Source: Betaproteobacteria bacterium
GTDB taxonomy: Bacteria > Pseudomonadota > Gammaproteobacteria > Burkholderiales > Casimicrobiaceae
DNA length: 62,295 bases
Direction of reading: 5' to 3'
Assembly (NCBI GenBank): GCA_018971195.1
Contig: JAGXBK010000001.1
Location: forward strand, 1-62,295
Program-made: the position numbers and the translations under genes
In this document: positions 55,352 through 62,295 of the stretch, piece by piece
How the letters are laid out: each line of letters begins with the position of its first letter
Numbering within the stretch: the stretch's first letter is position 1
Notes under the pieces: generated by a model
What the model saw: the letters and a program-made list of their open reading frames with translations, nothing else
What the model was told of the DNA's origin: nothing
Database searches by the model: none

Positions 55352-56595
55352 GCAGCGAACCCCACTCCCTCGACCCTGCGACGCTGCGAACCCGGCGCCA
55401 GCGCGGCCTTGCGATCGTGCTCGGCATCGTCGTGGTCGCCGGCATTGCCTGGGGCGCGTGGTGGCTGTGGTCGGCGCGCTACGACGAGACCACCGACGAC
55501 GCCTACGTCAGCGGCAACGTGGTCCAGATCACGCCGCAGATCGCGGGCACCGTGGTGGCCATCGGCGCCGACGACACGCAGTTCGTCAATGCGGGCCAGC
55601 TCCTCGTCCGGCTCGACCGCGCCGATGCCAAGGTCGCGCTCGACGAGGCCGAGGCGAAGCTCGCGAAGACCGTGCGCGACGTGCGCGGTCTGTTCGCGAC
55701 CACCGCGCAGTCCGACGCGACCGTCCAGATACGCCGCTCGGACCTCGCGCGCGTCGAGGACGATCTCGCCCGGCGCAGCCGCCTCGCCGGCTCGGGTGCG
55801 ATCTCGCGCGAAGAGCTGCGGCACGCGCAGGACGCCGTCAACAGCGCCAAGGCCGAACTGCTGGCCGCGCAGGAAAAGCTCGCTGCGAATCGCGCCCGCA
55901 TCGACCGCACGAGCGTCGACACGAATCCGGACGTGCTCGCCGCCGCGGCGCAAGTGCGCGCGGCCTATCTCGCCTACGCGCGCACCGAGTTGCCGGCGCC
56001 GGTCTCCGGCTTCGTCGCCAAGCGCGCCGTTCAGCTCGGGCAGCGGGTGGCCCCGGGCACCCCGTTGATGGCCCTCGTGCCGCTGGACCAGGTCTGGGTC
56101 GAGGCGAATTTCAAGGAACCCCAGCTCAGGAACATGCGCGTCGGGCAACCGGTCAAGCTGACCGCCGATCTCTACGGCGGCAAGGTCGACTACCACGGCA
56201 AGGTCGCAGGCTTTGGCGCGGGAACCGGCTCCGCGTTTGCGCTGCTGCCCGCGCAGAACGCGACCGGCAACTGGATCAAGATCGTCCAGCGCATCCCGGT
56301 GCGCATCGCGCTCGACCCCGAGGATCTCGCGGCGCATCCGCTCGAGATCGGCCTGTCGATGCAGGCCGACGTCGACACGCACGACCGCAGCGGCGGGCGG
56401 CTGCCGAAGATCGCAACTACCGCCCCGCCCTACGCAACCGACGTGTTCCACGTGCAGGAGGCCGTCGCCGACGCGCGAGTCAAGGCGATCATCGCGGCCA
56501 ACGAAGCGCTGCGGCCGATGGCCGCGCATGCCCCGGGCGCGGCGAAGACCGAGCGCGGCCGCCGCGTCGCGGCAGCGCACGGCAAGCCGCTGTAA
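55348..56595 (+). CDS. emrA: EmrA-type periplasmic adaptor (MFP)
   Basis: TTDDAYVSG, WVEANFKE, LLPAQNATGNWIKIVQRIPVRI. Confidence 0.9.
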   Translation: MSSEPHSLDPATLRTRRQRGLAIVLGIVVVAGIAWGAWWLWSARYDETTDDAYVSGNVVQITPQIAGTVVAIGADDTQFVNAGQLLVRLDRADAKVALDEAEAKLAKTVRDVRGLFATTAQSDATVQIRRSDLARVEDDLARRSRLAGSGAISREELRHAQDAVNSAKAELLAAQEKLAANRARIDRTSVDTNPDVLAAAAQVRAAYLAYARTELPAPVSGFVAKRAVQLGQRVAPGTPLMALVPLDQVWVEANFKEPQLRNMRVGQPVKLTADLYGGKVDYHGKVAGFGAGTGSAFALLPAQNATGNWIKIVQRIPVRIALDPEDLAAHPLEIGLSMQADVDTHDRSGGRLPKIATTAPPYATDVFHVQEAVADARVKAIIAANEALRPMAAHAPGAAKTERGRRVAAAHGKPL

Positions 56596-56619
56596 CAGCG
56601 CCAGAGGCGATCGCAGGCC

Positions 56620-58167
56620 ATGGCCACGTGGACCCCGCCGCCTCCGCTCAAGGGCGCCGCGCTCGTCGCCGGCACGATCGCGCTTTCGCTCGCGACGTTC
56701 ATGAACGTGCTCGACACGTCGATCGCCAACGTGTCGATTCCCGCGATCGCGGGGGACCTCGCGGTGTCGCCGGACCAGGGCACCTGGGTGATCACGTCTT
56801 TCGGCGTCGCCAACGCGATTTCGCTGCCGCTCACCGGCTGGCTCAGCCGGCGCTTCGGGCAAGTGCGGCTGTTCTCGGCGTCGGTGCTGCTGTTCGTGGT
56901 CGCGTCGTTCCTCTGCGCGCTGGCGCCGTCGCTCCCGATGCTGATCCTGTTCCGGGTGCTGCAGGGCGCGGTGGCCGGCCCGATGATTCCGCTGTCGCAG
57001 GCGCTGCTGCTGTCGAGCTACCCCAAGGAGCGCGCCGGCAGCGCACTCTCGATGTGGGCGATCACGACCCTGGTCGCGCCGGTGGCAGGACCGCTGCTCG
57101 GTGGCTGGATCACCGACAACATCTCCTGGCCGTGGATCTTCTACATCAACATCCCGGTGGGCCTGATCGCGGTCGCTGCGACCTGGTTCATCTACCGCAG
57201 TCGCGAGACGCCGTCGGTCAAGGTCCCAGTCGACGGCGTCGGCCTCGGGCTCGTCGTCCTGTGGGTGGGCGCCCTGCAGATCATGCTCGACAAGGGCAAG
57301 GACCTCGACTGGTTCGGCTCGACCTACATCGTGGCGCTGGCGATCGTGGCCGCCGTGGGCTTCGCGGTATTCGTCGTCTGGGAGCTGACCGACCGCCACC
57401 CGGTCGTCGACCTGCGGCTGTTCGCGCGACGCAATTTCTGGACGAGCACGCTCGCGATGTCGCTGGCCTACGGGACATTCTTCGGCAATCTCGTGCTGCT
57501 GCCGCTGTGGCTCCAGCAATACATGGGCTACACGGCGACGATGGCCGGGGTCATCCTCGCCCCGGTGGGCTTCCTCGCGATCCTGCTGAGTCCATTCGTG
57601 GGCAGGACCATCCACAAGGTCGACCCGCGCCTGTTCTCGACCGGGGCGTTCGCGATCTTCGCCATCGTGTTCTTCATGCGCTCGCGCTTCGACACCAACG
57701 CGGACATCGAGACGCTGCTCATCCCGACGATCATCCAGGGCGCGGGCATGGCGCTGTTCTTCATCCCGCTGGTCACGCTCAGCATCTCGGGACTCGGCGC
57801 CGAGCGCATCGCGGCGGCGTCGGGCCTGTTCAACTTCGCGCGCATCACCGCGGGCTCGTTCGGCACATCCATCATGACCACCTGGTGGGATCGGCGCGCG
57901 AGCCTGCACCACGCGCAGCTCGCGGAGCACATCAGCCCCTACGAACCCACGTCGGTGCAGGCGCTCGCGGACCTGCACGCGAACGGCCTCGCGGCCGGGC
58001 AAGGGCATGCCGTGATCAACCGGATGATCGACCAGCAGGCGTTCACGATGTCGGCGGACGATCTCTTCCGGCTCTCGGCGCTGGTGTTCGTGCTGCTGAT
58101 CGCTGTGGTGTGGCTGGCGCGGCCGGCGAAGCAGGCCGCCGCGCCCGTCGTGGGCCTCGCGGACTGA
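56620..58167 (+). CDS. emrB: EmrB/QacA DHA2 MFS efflux permease
   Basis: FMNVLDTSIANVSIP, QGTWVITS, GPLLGGWITDN, LDKGKDLDWF. Confidence 0.92.
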   Translation: MATWTPPPPLKGAALVAGTIALSLATFMNVLDTSIANVSIPAIAGDLAVSPDQGTWVITSFGVANAISLPLTGWLSRRFGQVRLFSASVLLFVVASFLCALAPSLPMLILFRVLQGAVAGPMIPLSQALLLSSYPKERAGSALSMWAITTLVAPVAGPLLGGWITDNISWPWIFYINIPVGLIAVAATWFIYRSRETPSVKVPVDGVGLGLVVLWVGALQIMLDKGKDLDWFGSTYIVALAIVAAVGFAVFVVWELTDRHPVVDLRLFARRNFWTSTLAMSLAYGTFFGNLVLLPLWLQQYMGYTATMAGVILAPVGFLAILLSPFVGRTIHKVDPRLFSTGAFAIFAIVFFMRSRFDTNADIETLLIPTIIQGAGMALFFIPLVTLSISGLGAERIAAASGLFNFARITAGSFGTSIMTTWWDRRASLHHAQLAEHISPYEPTSVQALADLHANGLAAGQGHAVINRMIDQQAFTMSADDLFRLSALVFVLLIAVVWLARPAKQAAAPVVGLAD

Positions 58168-58414
58168 CGTCGCGGGGTGCCGGCCGTCGGCGTTTCCGGG
58201 TCGGCCATCGGCAGCGCGTCCGCGGCAAAGCGGGGCGCGGCGTCGGCCCCGGGGAGGGGTCCGTCGCATTCCCGGGTTCATCGGTCCACGCACAGGAGCA
58301 AGCACTTACCTTCGCGCCAGACCCCAACCGGCGTCGATGATCGATCGAGTCCGCCGGGACCGCACCGGTGGCCCAAGCACCTTTCGTCAGGGAATCGCCT
58401 TCCACGCGATCGCG

Positions 58415-58430
58415 GGGTATGCAACTTGCT
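58415..58430 (+). promoter_or_regulatory. Putative sigma54 (-24/-12) promoter
   Basis: GGGTATGCAACTTGCT: GG at 58416-58417, 10-bp spacer, GC at 58428-58429 within TTGCT. Confidence 0.5.
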
Positions 58431-58523
58431 GAACTGCCAATCCCTCGCTCGGGGACGACCGTGCGGGGACGACATCGCGGGGTCGAGCGCATGCAACGGG
58501 CGTGCGTGCAGGGAGGATCGATC

Positions 58524-58754
58524 ATGGTTCGCTACGGCTTCACCATCCGCACGCGCACGGGGCAGCGCATCGAGAACGTCTCGATCATCGCCGGCTCGCG
58601 CAGGGACGCCGAGCGCCGGTTACGCCAGATGTACCTCCACTGCGAGGTCCTCGAGTGCCGGGAGGCCGAGATCCCCAGGAACCTGGCCGAGATGGGCATG
58701 GCCAATGTGATCGACCTCTTCGCCACCAGTCCGCCGACCATCATCCAGAACTGA
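58524..58754 (+). CDS. Small hypothetical protein (76 aa)
   Basis: Strong SD GGGAGGA; host-like codon usage; MVRYGFTIRTRTGQRIENVSIIAGSRRDAERRLRQMY... Confidence 0.75.
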   Translation: MVRYGFTIRTRTGQRIENVSIIAGSRRDAERRLRQMYLHCEVLECREAEIPRNLAEMGMANVIDLFATSPPTIIQN

Positions 58755-58846
58755 CCCCCGAGCCCCGCCCCCACGCCCTTGCCCGCCCGCGGCCGGGCCC
58801 CGAGCGCTGGCGTATCATCGCTGCCTACCCTGGCTTCCCCCGCTTG

Positions 58847-60223
58847 ATGGCCGCCCCCAACGTCGCAATCCTCGCCGCCGGCCAAGGCAGGCGCATGCAC
58901 TCGGCGCTGCCCAAGGTCCTCCACCCGCTCGCGGGCCGTCCGCTCGCCGCCCACGTCCTCGCCGCCGTTCGCAACCTCGGTCCGCGCGCCATCGCGATGG
59001 TCACCGGGCACGGCGCGCAGGCCGTCGAGACCGCGCTCGCCGCCCCCGACATCCGCTTCGTGCGCCAGGACCCGCCGCGCGGGACCGGGGACGCGACTCG
59101 CATTGCGCTTTCCGTGCTTCCGCCCGACGGCGTCACCCTCGTCGGCCTGGGGGATGTTCCGCTGGTGCCGCCCGAGGTGCTGGCGCGCCTGGTCGATCTC
59201 GCCGCCGGCGAGCGCCTCGCGCTGCTGACGGCGCGGGTGCGTGAGCCTCTCGGCCTCGGCCGCGTCCTGCGCGCGGGCGACGGAAGCGTGCGCGCCATCG
59301 TCGAGGAGCGCGATGCCACCGACGACGAACGGCGCATCGACGAGGTCAACACCGGCTTCATCGCCGCGCCGACCGCGCTGCTCGCGAAATGGGTCTCGCG
59401 GCTGACCCCGCACAATGCCCAGGGCGAGTACTACCTGACCGACGTCGTCGCCATGGCCGTCGCCGACGGCGTGCCGGTCGTCGCGCAGGTCGCCACCGAC
59501 GAGGCGTCGGTGGCGGGCGTCAACGACCGGGCGCAACTCGCCGCGCTCGAGCGCATCGTCCAGCGGCGCCATGCGCAGGCGCTGATGATCGCCGGAACGT
59601 CGATCGCCGATCCGGAACGCATCGACGTTCGCGGTGGCCTCACCTGCGGGCGCGACGTGACCATCGACGTGGGCTGCGTGTTCGAGGGCCACGTGCACCT
59701 GGACGACGGCGCCAGCGTCGGCCCGTACTGCGTGCTGCGCGATGTCGCCGTCGGGCCCGGCACACGCATCGAGGCGTACTCGCACCTGGATTCCGCGTCC
59801 ATCGGGCGCGACTGCCGGATCGGCCCCTATGCGCGCCTTCGTCCCGGCACGAAGCTTGCGGAGGAGGTTCATATCGGCAACTTCGTCGAGGTGAAAGCTA
59901 GCACGCTGGGGGCCGCGTCGAAAGCGAACCATCTCGCCTACATCGGCGATGCGACCGTCGGAAGCCGGGTCAATTACGGGGCCGGCTCGATCACCGCCAA
60001 CTACGACGGCGCGAACAAGCACCGGTCGATCATCGGCGACGACGTGCACGTGGGCTCGGACTGCGTGCTGATCGCCCCGATCACCATCGGCCCGGGCGCG
60101 ACCATCGGCGGCGGCAGCACGGTCACCGGCGAGGCGCCCGCCGGCAAGCTGACCGTGGCGCGCGCACGGCAGGTCGTCGTCGAGGACTGGCGGCGGCCGC
60201 GCAAGACCCCGAAGAGCCCATGA
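58847..60223 (+). CDS. glmU: Bifunctional UDP-GlcNAc pyrophosphorylase / GlcN-1-P acetyltransferase
   Basis: ILAAGQGRRMHSALPKVLH, NAQGEYYLTD, GVNDR, GNFVEVK, KANHLAYIGDA, NYDGANKH. Confidence 0.97.
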   Translation: MAAPNVAILAAGQGRRMHSALPKVLHPLAGRPLAAHVLAAVRNLGPRAIAMVTGHGAQAVETALAAPDIRFVRQDPPRGTGDATRIALSVLPPDGVTLVGLGDVPLVPPEVLARLVDLAAGERLALLTARVREPLGLGRVLRAGDGSVRAIVEERDATDDERRIDEVNTGFIAAPTALLAKWVSRLTPHNAQGEYYLTDVVAMAVADGVPVVAQVATDEASVAGVNDRAQLAALERIVQRRHAQALMIAGTSIADPERIDVRGGLTCGRDVTIDVGCVFEGHVHLDDGASVGPYCVLRDVAVGPGTRIEAYSHLDSASIGRDCRIGPYARLRPGTKLAEEVHIGNFVEVKASTLGAASKANHLAYIGDATVGSRVNYGAGSITANYDGANKHRSIIGDDVHVGSDCVLIAPITIGPGATIGGGSTVTGEAPAGKLTVARARQVVVEDWRRPRKTPKSP

Positions 60224-60241
60224 CCTGCCCAGCGAGGAACC

Positions 60242-60610
60242 ATGAAACCTGACCGCATGCTGCAGTTTTCGACCATGGCACTGGCGCTCTGCGCCTTGTG
60301 GTTTGCAGGCAGCGCGTTCGCACAGACCGACTGCAGCCGCGTTCCGGAGCAATACCGCGCGCGCTGCGAGGAGGGAATGAGGCTGAAGGCGGCATGCGCG
60401 GGCCTCGAAGGGGAAGCGAAGAAGCACTGCGAGCAGCGACACCTGGACTACGCCGCCGCGCGCGAGAACTGCGGCACGCTGGCCGGTGAAGCGAGACTGA
60501 CCTGCGAACAGCACAATCGCGTGATGAACATGGCTGCACCGTGCAAAGGCAAGGCCGGCACCGAGCTCGAGGCCTGCATCAAGGCGCAGGCCGCGATGCA
60601 CGCGAGATAG
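60242..60610 (+). CDS. Small secreted cysteine-rich repeat protein
   Basis: Signal peptide ending AFA-Q; four C-x10-C units; GAGGA SD. Confidence 0.8.
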   Translation: MKPDRMLQFSTMALALCALWFAGSAFAQTDCSRVPEQYRARCEEGMRLKAACAGLEGEAKKHCEQRHLDYAAARENCGTLAGEARLTCEQHNRVMNMAAPCKGKAGTELEACIKAQAAMHAR

Positions 60611-60629
60611 CCCCAGGGAAGCCAACAGC

Positions 60630-62295
60630 ATGTGCGGCATCGTCGGCGCAACATCGAATCGCAACGTGGTCCCGATCCTGATCGAGGGCGTCCGCCGCCT
60701 CGAATACCGCGGCTACGACTCGACCGGGCTCGCGGTCATCAATGGCGGTGAGTCACCGCAGATGGAACGGCTGGTGTCAACGGCGCGCGTCGCCGATCTC
60801 GCCGCGCAGGCCGAGTCGATGCACCTCGAGGCCTTCACCGGGATATCGCATACGCGCTGGGCGACGCACGGAGCGCCCACCCCCGACAACGCGCATCCCC
60901 ACCTGTCGGGTGGCGAGGTCGCCGTCGTCCATAACGGCATCATCGAGAACTACGAGGAGCTGCGCGACAAGCTGAAGGCGCGCGGCTACGTCTTCCGCAC
61001 CCAGACCGACACCGAGGTCATCGCCCACCTCATCCATGCGTACTGGCACGCCGAACGCGGCGGCGACCTGCTCACCGCGGTCCAGCGTGCGATCGTCGAG
61101 TTCAAGGGCGCCTACGCCATCGCCGTGATCTCGACGCGCGAGCGCGGCCGCGTCGTCGGCGCGCGGCAGGGCAGCCCGCTGCTCGTCGGCATCGGCGAGC
61201 ACGACCATTTCCTCGCATCCGACGCGTCCGCGCTGATGTCGGTCACACGCCGCGTCGCATATCTCGAGGAAGGCGACGTCGCCGACGTGCGCCGCGATTC
61301 CTACACGATCTACGACGCCGCGGGCCAGCCCGTCGAGCGCAGCATCATCGACGTGCAGGGCAGCAGCGACGCCGTCGAGCTCGGGCCCTACCGCCACTTC
61401 ATGCAGAAGGAGATCTTCGAGCAGCCGCGTGCCGTGGCCGACACCCTCGAGGACATCGCGACCATCACGCCTTCGCTGTTCGGCCCCAAGGCCGCGGCCA
61501 TCCTCCCCGAGGTCGATTCGGTGCTGATCCTCGCCTGTGGCACCAGCTACTACTCGAGCCTCGTCGCCAAGCAGTGGATCGAGACGCTGGCGAAGATGCC
61601 GTGCACCGTCGAGATCGCCAGCGAATACCGCTACCGCGACAGCGTTCCGCGCGAAAAGGCGCTGGTCGTCGTCGTGTCGCAATCGGGCGAGACCGCCGAC
61701 ACGCTGGCCGCGCTCAAGCACGCGAAATCGCTGGGGCACAAGCACACGCTCGCCATCTGCAACGTCGCGACCAGCTCGATGGTGCGCCAGACCGAGATGG
61801 TGTTCCTCACGCGGGCAGGGACCGAGGTCGGTGTGGCCTCGACCAAGGCGTTCACCACCCAGCTCGCCGCCCAGTTCCTGCTGGCGCTGACGCTGGCCAA
61901 GCTGCGCGGGCGTCTGTCGGCGGACGAGGAATCGAAGGCGGTCGACGACCTGCGCCACATTCCCGCCGCGATCCGCGGCGCGCTGGCACTCGAGCCGCAC
62001 CTGATCGGCTGGGCGCAGCAGTTCGCGAAGAAGCAGCATGCGCTGTTCCTCGGCCGCGGCCTGCACTATCCGATCGCGCTCGAAGGCGCGCTGAAGCTCA
62101 AGGAAATCTCGTACATCCACGCCGAGGCGTATCCCGCCGGCGAGCTCAAGCACGGACCGCTGGCGCTTGTCGACGCCGACATGCCCGTGGTCGCCATCGC
62201 GCCCAACGATGCGCTGCTCGAGAAGCTGAAATCGAACCTGCAGGAAGTCCGTGCGCGCGGCGGCGAGCTCTACGTCGTCGCCGACCTGGATTCGC
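60630..62295 (+). CDS. glmS: Glutamine-fructose-6-phosphate aminotransferase (3' end runs off window)
   Basis: [63 protein letters not shown]. Confidence 0.98.
   Translation, partial: MCGIVGATSNRNVVPILIEGVRRLEYRGYDSTGLAVINGGESPQMERLVSTARVADLAAQAESMHLEAFTGISHTRWATHGAPTPDNAHPHLSGGEVAVVHNGIIENYEELRDKLKARGYVFRTQTDTEVIAHLIHAYWHAERGGDLLTAVQRAIVEFKGAYAIAVISTRERGRVVGARQGSPLLVGIGEHDHFLASDASALMSVTRRVAYLEEGDVADVRRDSYTIYDAAGQPVERSIIDVQGSSDAVELGPYRHFMQKEIFEQPRAVADTLEDIATITPSLFGPKAAAILPEVDSVLILACGTSYYSSLVAKQWIETLAKMPCTVEIASEYRYRDSVPREKALVVVVSQSGETADTLAALKHAKSLGHKHTLAICNVATSSMVRQTEMVFLTRAGTEVGVASTKAFTTQLAAQFLLALTLAKLRGRLSADEESKAVDDLRHIPAAIRGALALEPHLIGWAQQFAKKQHALFLGRGLHYPIALEGALKLKEISYIHAEAYPAGELKHGPLALVDADMPVVAIAPNDALLEKLKSNLQEVRARGGELYVVADLDS

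Noticed and set aside
56444-56459. parS-like TGTTCCACGTGCAGGA inside emrA
   Set aside because: The right half-site is broken; it is probably a coding coincidence.
58502-58846. Upstream in-frame extension of glmU (573-aa ORF)
   Set aside because: It overlaps the small ORF 58524-58754, which has a strong SD; GlmU homology starts at 58847.

Overview
This is a GC-rich betaproteobacterial (Burkholderiales-like, inferred from gene order and protein style) chromosomal region spanning the replication origin. The core blocks are fmt-def / LysM-dprA-topB, gyrB-dnaN-[oriC]-dnaA, rpmH-rnpA-yidD-yidC-mnmE, tandem parS sites, mnmG-rsmG-parA-parB, the atpIBEFHAGDC operon and glmU-glmS. Accessory genes are interleaved: ALDH7; secreted S8 and S9 peptidases; DUF2182/DUF1326; pckG; Prx5; a beta-propeller + MoaD/ThiS pair; DUF3141-ackA-fumC; a FabX/UfaA-like flavoprotein divergent from ubiUVT; an M20 amidohydrolase; glpD; a HAD-IIB hydrolase; MarR-efflux (EmrAB-type); and two small hypothetical genes. 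There is no rRNA, tRNA, CRISPR array or transposase. The best leads are: (1) a putative FNR-controlled anaerobic membrane module (ubiUVT plus FabX/UfaA-like) with a symmetric bidirectional promoter; (2) an E1-less ubiquitin-like protein paired with a His/Cys beta-propeller; (3) a family of AT-rich REP-like palindromes sitting on stop codons; (4) rnpA, whose only canonical start lies upstream of rpmH; (5) a duplicated ~125-aa uncharacterised C-terminal domain on the S8 protease; and (6) a DnaA-trio-like run marking oriC. All calls come from reading motifs by eye; no searches were run.
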